Shown: positions 36,560 through 47,798 of the stretch, piece after piece
How the letters are laid out: every line of letters begins with the position of its first letter
How positions within the stretch are numbered: the stretch's first letter is position 1
Assembly: GCA_002633005.1 (NCBI GenBank)
Contig: NMRA01000210.1
Location: 186,001-250,000 of the forward strand
DNA from: Phoronis australis
Lineage: Eukaryota > Animalia > Phoronida
Reading direction: 5' to 3'
DNA: 64,000 bases
The notes under the pieces: generated by a model
Databases searched by the model: none
The model's input: the letters and a program-made list of their open reading frames with translations, nothing else
Told to the model about the DNA's origin: nothing
Translations under genes and position numbers: made by a program

Positions 36560-38870
36560 GTTCGCCAAGATGCTTCCTCAATAAGAAAGAAGAAAAAACA
36601 CATCAATTATGAACGTGTTTTAGAAGAAGCCATTAATAGGCTGGAAAGCAAAGACAACCTGACTGAAGGTGATCTAACAACTTTAGAAGAAAAAAAGACC
36701 AATTTACAAGAATTAAGAAGAGACACTTTGAAGGACTATGTTGCCCAATCAAGAGCAAACTGGATTGAAAGTGGAGAACGCCCGACCAAATATTTCTGCA
36801 ACTTAGAATCAAGGAATTTTTTTAGTAAATTGATATATGCTATAGAAACAGAAGAAGGAGAAACTATTATGGATCAAAAGGTAATTTTATGAGAGACGAT
36901 GAATTTTTATAAGAACTTATATTGTTCGAGGTCTGAGAGCGAAGAAATGTTGAATAGTGTACTCGGACATTGTCGGTTCCTGGTACTTTCGGAGTTGGAG
37001 AGAATCCAACTAGAAAATGAAATTCATATTGATGAATTATTTGAGGTTTTAGAAAATGCAGAAAATGAAAAGTCCAGGCTCTGGTGGCTTTACGATGGAA
37101 TTTTTGAAGATCTTAAGACATAAAATATTTTGTATTGCGGCACATTAAATGTAGTTTTGAAAAGGGACAAATGTCCACAACTCAACGGACTGGGATTATT
37201 ACATGTATTACAAAACCAGTCAAGCCTAAACAGTTTCTGAAAAAATGGCGACCAATAACTTTACTGAATAGTGTATACAAACTGGCTTCAGGATGCATTG
37301 CAAACAGAATTAAAAAAGTTCGAAATAAACTGATTTCAAATACCCATACTGAATTTATTAAAGGAAGATTCATGGCTGAGAACACAAGACTAATTTATAT
37401 TATGAGGTATACAAACACAACATTCCAGGACTACTTGTGTTGATAGATTTTGAGAAGGCTTTTGATAGTGTTTCCTGGGATTTTATATTCAAGTCCTGAA
37501 TAATTTCAATTTCAAAGCCAATATCATTCGATATATAAGAATTTTTTATAATAAACCAATTGCCCGTGTCATACAAAATGGATTTCTGTCAGACAACTTC
37601 ATACTAGAACGCGGATGTCGACAAGGTGATCCTCTCCCCCCTTATATTTTTATACTGTGTGCTGAAATTTTGTCCATATTGATTAAACATGATCCTGACG
37701 TGAAAGGTATTAAAATCGGCGACGAANNNNNNNNNNNNNNNNNNNNNNNNNNNNNNNNNNNNNNNNNNNNNNNNNNNNNNNNNNNNNNNNNNNNNNNNNN
37801 NNNNNNNNNNNNNNNNNNNNNNNNNNNNNNNNNNNNNNNNNNNNNNNNNNNNNNNNNNNNNNNNNNNNNNNNNNNNNNNNNNNNNNNNNNNNNNNNNNNN
37901 NNNNNNNNNNNNNNNNNNNNNNNNNNNNNNNNNNNNNNNNNNNNNNNNNNNNNNNNNNNNNNNNNNNNNNNNNNNNNNNNNNNNNNNNNNNNNNNNNNNN
38001 NNNNNNNNNNNNNNNNNNNNNNNNNNNNNNNNNNNNNNNNNNNNNNNNNNNNNNNNNNNNNNNNNNNNNNNNNNNNNNNNNNNNNNNNNNNNNNNNNNNN
38101 NNNNNNNNNNNNNNNNNNNNNNNNNNNNNNNNNNNNNNNNNNNNNNNNNNTTCCAAAAACTTAATACTAAAAAAGATAAATGGACCACTTGTACCTTTAT
38201 CCCTAAAAATATTATTTTGACGAAAAAGGGGTGTCATGATTCTTACCATATTCTGTGCAAAATGACATAATACCATCGGCTCAAAAGAAAGTATTGGGAT
38301 TTTTGCTATCAGAGAAGATGTGGAACTTCTATTACAAACTTCCAAATGAATGTACGAATGACACAAGCTTACTTTTCTTTCAGTTCCGCTTACTGCATAG
38401 AATTCTACCTACTAACTGCTTTTTAAATAAGATTAGATACGTGGACTCAAATGCTTGTACTCTTTGTAAATGCTTTACCGAAACTCTAGAACATTTATTC
38501 TTTGAATGTGAATATGTTAATTCTTTCTGGTACGGGGTACGTCTCTGGTTAACGACTGCAATGCAAGTAATTTTTTTGAAATAGACAAAACCACCATAAT
38601 ATTTGATCTTAAAAATGAAAACAATAGAATAGAATTTTAAATTGGTTTCTTTTACAAACTAAAGTTTTCATTTTAAAAATGAAATTTGCTAACGTCGAAC
38701 CTAATTTAGGATGTCTTAAACATTTTTTGAATGAGTGTTTTAATGTAGAAGTTAGTGCTTCGTTAAAAACACGGAAATTTAATGATACAAAAAAATGAGA
38801 AGATTGGAAATGTGTTTTTGAAAAATGAGGGGACCCAGAGAGTTGACCAGATGCCAGAACAGAAATTTAA
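36560..38870 (+). mobile_element. L1/Tx1-clade LINE ORF2 remnant (5'-truncated, spans gap)
   Basis: SRANWIESGERPTKYFCNLESRN, WRPITLLNSVYKLAS, DFEKAFDSVSW, RGCRQGDPLSPYIFILCAE, and zf-RVT FQFRLLHRILPTN...CTLC...ETLEHLFFEC. Stops and frameshifts present. Confidence 0.9.
37727..38150. other. Assembly gap (others at 3559-3563, 55908-56065, 63351-63652)
   Basis: N runs. ORFs spanning them are artefacts. Confidence 1.
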
Positions 38871-39029
38871 GTAGTACTTTTTAACTTTGAAGTAACAATG
38901 AAATGCTTTCTTGTTATTTTTTTGCACAGTTCTGTACGGTGTTGTGTTGTGTTGTTTATATTTGTATACGTATCTGTCTTTTGTAATAAATGTATTGATA
39001 GTGAAAAAAAGATGCTTCCTCAATGCACT

Positions 39030-39310
39030 AAAAACCACATTGTATTGCAATAAAATTCTTGAGATTGTATTTTTGATAAATTTCCAGTCAAGAATTTTGC
39101 TTTCATTATCTAGAAAATCTTAAAATAACAGTCCCACTTCAAACATTTCCCGACAAAATATTGTTTTATTGCTAGGTAAAATGTTTCGATTATTCCACAA
39201 GACCTGTTTGTTAATAAGTATATTCTTAAAAACTTCTATATTCAAAGGCTCCAAGTTTTTAAGCACTTCAGTATAAAAGGAATTGTTAATTGATATTTTC
39301 AAATTTCTTA
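39030..39310 (-). mobile_element. Inverted L1/Tx1 ORF2 fragment
   Basis: Minus-strand QVLWNNRNILPSNKTIFCREMFEVGL, typical of the post-RT region of Tx1-like ORF2. Confidence 0.5.
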
Positions 39311-39311
39311 A

Positions 39312-40245
39312 ATTTATTTATTATTGTGATATTTAAAATGAGGGTGGCCTCTTCAGTGACAGCACTGCTTTCCAAGAGGGCCCTCAACAAGAAAAACAGT
39401 AAGAAATACAATGAAGTAATAAAACAACAATGACATATATGTAAAAAGATACAATAAAAACAGGCTGAGAATTAAAACAATAACTAAATGACGAATAATG
39501 GTAAAATTTTAACTAAGACAGATGAAATAAATTAAGAGATGACACTAGACAGTGAGAGTATTTACGACAATGAAAAAATGACATGATTAAGACAGGCAGG
39601 GTATAAAAGGTTACGTAAGTTACAGCCACTTTTTAATATTTACTTTAAAGGTAGTAATTGAATTGGACCCTTTAATTTCTGGACTAAGAGAATTCCATAT
39701 TATAGCAGCTGCATAGATAAAAGATCTCTTGCCCGTCTGGGTTTTAATTTTTTTAGAAGAAACATTTCCAGCAACAGAAAGTGTAGAATATACAGCCTGA
39801 CTGCTATTGAATTTACTGCTGGAACCAAGCCATTGATACATCTGTACATACAACATGCAGAGAGATATTTCTTTCTTTGTCTTATTTTCATAAATGCCAG
39901 CTTGGAATACAAGTCATCAACCCTAGTGTCCCTAATTCTAGTACCCAGGATAGCCCTGGCAGCTCTATTTTGGATTACTTGGACTTTGCTGACAAGTGTG
40001 TCACTAGTGTGCCCCAAACCGGTAAACAATAATCAATATGAGGCTGAATAATAGAATGGTAAAGGGTCTTAAGAGTACTGACATTAAGAAATTTGCCAAG
40101 ACGTTTAAGTACACCGATTTTCTTTGATAATTTCTTTGCGATATGATCTACGTGCATATTAAATTTAAGATTGGGATCTAAAGTAAGGCCCAAGTACTTA
40201 AACTTGTCAACATTCTTGATGGGAGAGCCGTTGATAGAAAGGGAA
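39312..40245 (-). mobile_element. L2/CR1-group (Crack/Daphne-like) LINE 3' fragment with 3' stem-loop tail
   Basis: INGSPIKNVDKFKYLGLTLDPNLKFNMHVD...LYHSIIQPHIDYCLPVWG, QNRAARAILG, GKRSFIYAAAIIWNSLS. The 3' end reads gagggccctcttgg..cagtgctgtcactgaagaggccaccctc followed by an (AAT)-rich tail. Confidence 0.85.
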
Positions 40246-41787
40246 GTATGAAAGAAAATAAGATACAATTCATGAAAATACTGTAACTGCCGGGGTACCA
40301 GTACTTTGCAAATGTTTCTGTTGCNCTAGGTCAGTTACTGTATCTATGTTCAGTAGAGAGTAGAGTTTTGTTCAGAAAGTATGAACGCAACGGAATAAAG
40401 ACCGTGAAAAATGAAAAGTGTCGTGTATTCAACAAATTCTGTATAACAGAAAACTTGCTCCCGAAGTACAGTCAATGAATGAGTGAACAAGACCCATGTC
40501 ATTTTTCGAGGTATTGCCCAAGAAGTAACACATTTGCATCAGGGTAAGAATAAACTATGTCCTGTTCTATACAAACTAATAGCTGCTATAAACCAGCCCT
40601 CAGGCAAAAAAGCTCAACAGTTTAGATCACAAAGCATCCCAACAGCTTTTCCCAGAAAGTACGACAACGTAGGAAAGGCAGTTCACAAAAAAGTACGAAA
40701 AGGTTAAAAGAAGTAGAAAAAAAATTAAGAACAGGGTTACTGTTCACAATCCGACCCCATTAACGTAGTACTTGATATTAATATTTTCTGAATACTCTCG
40801 CCATGGTGATCATGGTGATTCCAAAAATGCACGGTGTTACTCGTACAGATTAGGCTCTTCTTATTCATGCTTTCACTGTTTTTACGAGGTGTTCATTTGC
40901 GGCAGCTGATCTCAAGCAACCGCCATTATAAAACTGCGAATCTCATGGAACGAATGATAACTACAATGATCACGCGTGTGTGTCAAAAGACCTCAAAATT
41001 GGCTAGTATGTAGAAGCTACCCTGTGGCATATCAGGAAAACTCTGAGTAAAAAACAGTAATAGCCATTAATAAAGGTTTGCCGGTTCAAAATTTCTTCTT
41101 TAGAAAAAACACGAGAGTAGGTGTTCCAGCGGACAAATATTGTCCTTGAAAACACTTGACATCTCGCAGACATGATTTTGGCTGTGTTATGATGGTGGAC
41201 GTGTGTCGTCTCAACGACAAAAACCGTTTCAAACAAGTGGAATTAGGCAATAAGATAACTAATATCACTGATAAGCTAAAATACGCAAACACAGAAACAC
41301 ATTCGGCATGGAACCAACTTCACTCTAGGTTAACTGTTAGTTATCAATCCTGCCGAAAGGTGTTGCACTTTTAAAATTGGCTGTTCACTAAATTGCAATT
41401 GAACTCCTTGGAAAAACTCGAAAATTATGAATAAGAAGTGACCAATCAGTACCAGTACACAATACATTTTTAGAATCAACGTGACCAGACGATTCAGAAA
41501 ATAGTAGTATCGAGTGGTTATTGTTACAGTTGGATATTTACAAGGTCAGTATCCGCAACAGTAGGTGGTCCGAATCAAAATTTCTTGACAGAAAGCAGGC
41601 TTAATGCAGCTTCAACTGTAAAGTCACAAATATCACCAAATAGCAGTTAACAGAATAAGCATACAGAGATAATTAACATTATAACTAAACATTGCCATAG
41701 CAGTTTTCAATTTCAAACATGCAATGAAATACTAGCCACTGACATGCAAACATCAGGCAACACTACAGTAGGGCATCTGTGTTTTAC

Positions 41788-41912
41788 CTTTGATCATTTC
41801 ACAAACAAATCTCCGCTCGTCTAGTTCGCTACATCTCTCCTCTACCCACAATCCGCCAGACGCCACACTGACACAGTCCCGGTCATTTTGGGCCTTATGA
41901 TCAGCAGGCCAC
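41788..41912 (-). CDS. CUB-C-type lectin TM receptor, exon 6 (CTLD C-terminal part)
   Basis: ttttgcAG acceptor and GTAAAA donor, 125 nt, phase 2-1. Encodes WPADHKAQNDRDCVSVASGGLWVEERCSELDERRFVCEMIK. Confidence 0.9.
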
Positions 41913-44297
41913 CTGCAAAATCAACACCATACATTAGAAACAAATTAAGCAACAATTTGGTACAATCATGTCAACCTAAAAGGCTGGAAATTCTCACAAA
42001 GGTCGTACTACCTCTACCAGGATATCAACACTCAGCACTAAAAATCATACTAATATATTTCAATTGCTGTCAGTAAGAAAAATCATAAAATTTGTAACTG
42101 GATTAAATGCTGCAATACACTGCACTAGTTAAGTGCCTGTTGCTGGTTACAACATGCACTACCACACAAACTATCCACCTGTCTTCCAAAAATGCTGGTA
42201 TTTGCTATATAAGCCTGCTGATACAGTGCAATAATATTCAAACACAATAAGTGAAGAACACAGAACAGCTAATGTGAACAGATGCAATAACATAGAAAAA
42301 TAACATCTCAGCTACCATAACATTACAGTTGGTGTTCCTAGGTCATTTTTCAATGTACATGGCTGAGATTCTACAATACGATCATGCATGTCAGCAAACT
42401 GACAACGTGACATTAACGTTTTTGCTTTGTTGTAAATAAAAGCACTGAAAACTGCCCAATTATGTAAAAAATATGTTACAAAACATCATGTAATCTTGAT
42501 GTTTGCATGTTTGGCACTCACTAATGCACTATATGGAAAAAATAGGTAAGCCATAAAATGTAGAACACCTGTTACTTCAGCTACAGATGTGAACGAGGCC
42601 GGGATTTGGATCCTAAAATTGCGAGAAAAGAATGGTTCTTTTGAAGAATGAATTTGTTGCGTAGTATGAGAGACTGTGGAAGACTTTAGACATCTTCCAT
42701 CCTAAAATGCGCTAACAATATAATGTCCCCAGGCATCAGCTCTACTGTGGACTATGAACTGCGTATGAAATGGTTGAAAATACGAGTGGAAAAGTTTAAA
42801 AGTGAGTATATGGTTATATGGGCGCTGTGCCATCGTCCGACGATTTTTTGGTTGCCACCTTTAACGAGAACCAAAGTCAGAAATATGAGTGGCAAATATG
42901 CCATCACTAGTATATTTGAGTGCAATTTTTGCCCGTGTTTTGAGCTGTTATGATTATGATGACGATGATGGCAAAGGTGACAGTGTCAGTAATATGTTGA
43001 TGTTGTAATTTTCAGTGTCGTCTTTGAAATGGACGGCATCGTTGTCCTTGGACAAGTCAGAATCCTTGGCACCTAAGAATGATTGACGTTAGAGGCGTTG
43101 TCCTTTCTGTCACTATCAGTTTGAGTGGTCAGTGTTTCATGTCAGTGATGTCATCAATGTATGGGGCTTCAAAATCACTTTTTGTGTATTAGCGTCACCT
43201 AGAGTGTTCAACTTAGAGGAGACATCGTCGTCTTCAGCAATATAGTTGCGGCATCGTCGGTATTGTTGACAGTGCCAGCAGCAATGTCATGGTCAGAGGT
43301 TGTCTTTTGCATCGTCATTGGTGTCGTGGTCATTAGCATGTATTGTGATGCTGTTTTTGTCCATGTGATGCCTTCTTCAGTCGATTTTGCAAGAAAGTCA
43401 GAGTCCTTTCATTACTTGGCAACATGAAATTTTGTCACCCACGTTGCTGTCGTGAATTAAGTTTCTTTGCTTTTTTGCATTCTACAGGTCGTAGTTTTCG
43501 TCTGATCAACATGAAATCTCAACACAACATGTATCTCGTAAAGTGCTAAAACACTATTGTCTTTGCCATGAACAAATTGCCAATGTGGCAGCCATTTTGT
43601 CTTCAAAGTTTCACTTGAACTGTTTTAAAGCCTTAGTGCATTTATCATAAGATTATAGTAAGCTCAAACTTCATGTAACTAACGCATCACATGCTCTACC
43701 AATGATAAAAGTTTCAAATTGTTCCATTACAAGATGGCAGACATAGAGACCTTTTTACCCAAAACACATTTTCTCAAACAGAGGCCACCCAATGTAATTC
43801 GTTTGAATGCGTTTTATTTACATGACTGCACAATTGCTGAGGTGAAATTTACAATGTTGCCTACAGCCACCATTTTGTATTTCACATTTGAACCCCAAAG
43901 GTGCCTGTCCAATTCTGTATTTAAACAGCCCTGCAGTATTCGTGGACTGATAGCATACATTTATTATCAAGTGCTGTTTTCGTCATTTACTCACTATTTT
44001 AAGAAAAATCTGCATTTTGTTGTCAGGCCCCCATAGAGCACCACGTACAGATCAGCTTTATTTATTAACTCTATCTACTTATCCAACACAGGAGTGCACA
44101 TACATGGCGCATGCTCAACTCGAACCCCGACTCGTATATTGTTACTTTTGGCGGTGGATCCATGTCAGGAAAATTATAAAAAATTAGTAAATCTTGAACC
44201 CCCATGGAAATACAGATCACAAACTTTTAAGTGGTCTGCAATGCCACCTGTTGGCCACATCACGTGGGCTAATGAAGAGAAGTCTGAAACGATTTCT

Positions 44298-44368
44298 GCC
44301 CCCACTGGGACTCAAACCCGGGCCCTTCTGCAAACAGTGAAGACACTCTAGTCTACAGAGCCATCTGG
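44298..44368 (-). repeat. tRNA-derived sequence (degenerate), left arm of an inverted pair
   Basis: Minus strand reads atggctctgtagactagagtgtcttcactgtttgcagaagggcccgggtttgagtcccagtgggggc, with degenerate A and B boxes. Confidence 0.6.
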
Positions 44369-44415
44369 TGAGTTGCCCACTGCTAAGTCCGATAGATTTT
44401 CTGTGTTGGATCAGT

Positions 44416-44489
44416 GGTCCAAATGGCTCAGTGGACAGAGCGTCTGCCTGGTTAACAGAAGGTCCTGGGTTCGAGTCCCAGTCAGGGGC
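44416..44489 (+). repeat. tRNA-derived SINE-like head or tRNA pseudogene, right arm of an inverted pair
   Basis: A box TGGCTCAGTGG, B box GGTTCGAGTCC, T arm ctggg/cccag, anticodon-like stem tctg/caga. The acceptor stem is imperfect. Confidence 0.7.
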
Positions 44490-44956
44490 AGAAATCTTTT
44501 CAGACTTATGTTCATTAGGTCATGTGATAAGGCCAACAGATGACGTGCAGAAAAGACTTTAAAATGTTTATGATATGCGGCTTTGTAATTATTATCTGTA
44601 TATCAATGTTGTCATCTTGAAGGAGTCATCATTGCCAGCTACATGTATGTTGTTGTCGATGTTTCTGACTCTCCTGACAGTGTTGGCAGCGATGTCGCAG
44701 TTTTGAAGGATGTTCCTCTGCCTTATCACTGATGTCCTGGACATTCTCGTCTGGGTTTGGCAATGCTTGTCTTCATACTTCCTTTTTCAAACAATTTCAC
44801 CAAATGTTGCTCTGTCAAAGCGCCTTCATCCTGTTACACTTTAGTCATTTTAGAAGTGATCTCAGGGCTCGGGAAGAACTGACCCTGCGTTATTGCTTCA
44901 CACCATGCTCAATAGGTGTCAGGTCACGGCGTCAACAGTCCATTTCACCTCAGACT

Positions 44957-46525
44957 AAACAAGAGCAACGCAGAGCGTTGAAATGTGCCCAAGAATGCAA
45001 CACAAACAGAGCGCTTCTAGGGGTGTTTATTTGGAACATAAAAGATATTTACCAAATTTGATAAAAATCTATCAAGGAAAACGAAAAAATGAAATTGCCA
45101 CTAAGAGGACATACGCACAAAAAACATAACTGCCACTACTAAGATGCGCCACATATAGATAAAGTCATGGGAAAATCATCTTCAGACTTCCTCTTCACAT
45201 TTAGGAAGTTCAACATACATGCCAATTTCCACAACCATCCTTAGAGTGGTTTGGTTGACAGAGGGGCAGACGCCAAATAACAAGACTCGAAAACAGTAAA
45301 AATGGCCACAAGGTGGCGCAAGATATCATGAATCACCGAAATCCAGAGTATAGCGTCAACTCAGTAATAGATACCTATCAGCCAAATTTTATGAAAATCC
45401 GTTGAGGACCTTTGAAGATACAGAGGTAACATTAAAAAACTAAAATTGCCACTAGGGTGAACCCTGGTAGTTGGATCCATCCGAAAGCCATCGTCGTTTG
45501 TTGTCAAAACCATTATATATACATATGCTAAATTTAATAAAGATCCTGCAGAGGGTTTAGCAAATACAGTCATGGGCGTAAAAAAACTGTCACTAAGAGG
45601 CACCTCAGTTGTCGAGGCCGTCGGGAAATCATCGCCAACCCTCTTCTTCCCATTAGGAACATACATGCCAATTTCCACAATCATCCTTAGAGCGGTTTGG
45701 TTGACAGAGGGGCAGATGCCAAAAAACAGAGTCGAAAATAGTAAAAATGGCCACAAGGTAGCACAAAATGCCCCGAATTCAACTGAAAACCGGATGGTAG
45801 TGTCACCTCACTAATAAAATGAATGCCTATCTGCCAAATTTTATGAAAATCTATTGACAACCTTTTAAGATACAGTGGTAACCGTAAAGACTAAAATTGC
45901 CACTAGGGGGCACATTGGTTGCCAGATCCGAATGTCGTCGTCCCCTCTTGACAACTTTATATAAATTCACCAGCAAAATTCAATAATCATCCTGTAGAGC
46001 GTTAAGGAGATACAGCAGTGGGCCCAAAAACGAACAAAACTGCCACTAGGAGGCGTCACAATAGTCAAAGTCATCGGAAAATCATCGTCAGCTGCCCTCT
46101 TCACTATAAGAACATTATATGCCAATTTTCAAAATCATCCCTAGAGCGGTTTGGTTGATAGAAGGGAGGCGCCAAAAAACAGATTCCAAAATGGCCACTA
46201 GGTGGTGCAAAGTACCTCCAATCCGGTGGAAAACGTGAGGATGGCATCATTTCACTAATAGATGCCTAATTGCCAAATTTCACGAAAATCCATTAAGGAC
46301 CTTCCAAGATATAGAGGTAAGCATATAAAATAAAATTCCCACTAGGTGGCACATCGGTAGTCAGAGAGGTCCGAAATTCGTCGTTCTCCGTCGCCAGCTT
46401 CATAGAAACACATCTGCCAAACCTTATCAAGATTTTGTGAAGGGTTTAGGAGATACAGCTGCGGACACCGGATGCCCTGACAGAGATGACAGCAATATGT
46501 GACCACATATTATGTGGGTGCATAA
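44957..46525. mobile_element. Helentron-associated (HINE-like) element with three ~450-bp tandem units; diverged relative at ~51750-52563
   Basis: Starts AAACAAGAG with hairpin CAACGC-aga-GCGTTG. Unit marker (c/t)atgccaattt at 45218, 45664 and 46118. Ends with hairpin CCACATA-t-TATGTGG then gtgcataa. Confidence 0.6.
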
Positions 46526-46731
46526 TCTGAGATACTGACATGTTGGATTTGTCTAGGCAAATAATTGTGACCAATTTCACTTTTGACTTATGACAAGAAG
46601 GGTCTTTTGGAAAGTAAAACATTGCCCGACAGACGAGAACATGGTTAATAGCTGTTTTAACTATGGGCAACTCATTATCTTCTCTCTCAGTCGAAGTCAC
46701 TCAACTCCCAAAAACACCAGACATGACTTAC

Positions 46732-46837
46732 CCACTGAAGATGGGAATTGTATTATCAATCCAAGTATATTTTCCCTCTTTCTTGATATCATTCAACCCA
46801 ATCCATGTTCTATGGCTGGAACTCTTGGCTATTAACC
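46732..46837 (-). CDS. CUB-C-type lectin TM receptor, exon 5 (CTLD WIGL core)
   Basis: ctatttAG acceptor and GTAAGT donor, 106 nt, phase 1-2. Encodes LIAKSSSHRTWIGLNDIKKEGKYTWIDNTIPIFS. Confidence 0.92.
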
Positions 46838-47559
46838 CTAAATAGCATAAATTAATATAGACACATAACAACCACTAATTAAACCAGACAAGAAACGAAA
46901 AGCAAGAAATTGGCTTTACAGTCCATGCAGCGCCATATCTGAAAACTATTATTGTTTTGGTTTGTGTAATGGATGGAACTCTTTGTTTTGGCGTTTCTAA
47001 TTTCACAATCATAAAAACACAATGGAATTTTTGAAGACAGCATCAGGACTGGCATGGCATTCATTCATATTGATTGTTTTGCCAGCATGGCGTGCATTGA
47101 CAGGTTTGACGGAAAGATACACTGCTTTAACTATATTTCTTTCAGTTTGAAGTGAGCAACTTTAGCTTTGAATACTTGAATAGTGCTGCATGGGACTTGA
47201 ACCACAAAAATGATAATAGATTATGAACATATCAGTGGTCTGGTAACAAAAGTAGTTTACAGCAAGTCCTACTGATAGGAAATTATGTACAAGTTAACGT
47301 TATTCATAAGGACCGACATAAGAGTTTGACTCGTAAAAGTTCACCAGCATCCCCCTCACTAGCTTCTTCTTTAAGTCTCAACATAGATATCAAATGCATT
47401 AGAACACACTGTTAACTTAATCGAGAGCAAGGGTGGTAATCAAACTCCTCACACGCATTGCAAGACACTTACTCCAAAGCTCTCACTGCACAGCAGAAGA
47501 AACTTACAACAAAGAGACCTTATCACACCCAAATGTTAGTGCAACAATTGTGTGGACAG

Positions 47560-47701
47560 TGATAGGTGGTTGTGGTACGCACCTCTTATCTATGTAAATG
47601 GTCTTGCAATGGCTGCTATTTGTGGGGAGTGATAAGTGGTTGTGGTACGCATCTCTATGTATGTGGTCTCGCAGTGGCCACTATTTGTGGTGAGTGATAA
47701 G
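47560..47701. repeat. ~65-70 bp tandem duplication
   Basis: gtgata(g/a)gtggttgtggtacgca...tatttgtgg.gagtgataag occurs twice. Confidence 0.6.
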
Positions 47702-47798
47702 GGTTCCCCTTCTGTTGTGTTCTACAACCTGTACATTGCTACCCTACTTCAGATAGATGACGATGGCAGTCCTCCAGTAGATTTGCACAAAAATAACT

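Noticed and set aside
37604-38366. ORFs of 160-218 aa here, and similar ones at 55567-56175 and 63347-63658
   Set aside because: They are open only because they run through N gaps.
42955-43380. Asp/Thr-rich low-complexity exon (mucin-like stalk) of the receptor
   Set aside because: It is interrupted by stops and lies between two CTLD exons whose phases already join correctly.
44416-44489. Functional tRNA gene
   Set aside because: The acceptor stem pairs poorly, there is no adjacent oligo-T terminator, and it shares a non-tRNA tail with an inverted degenerate copy. A SINE-like origin fits better.
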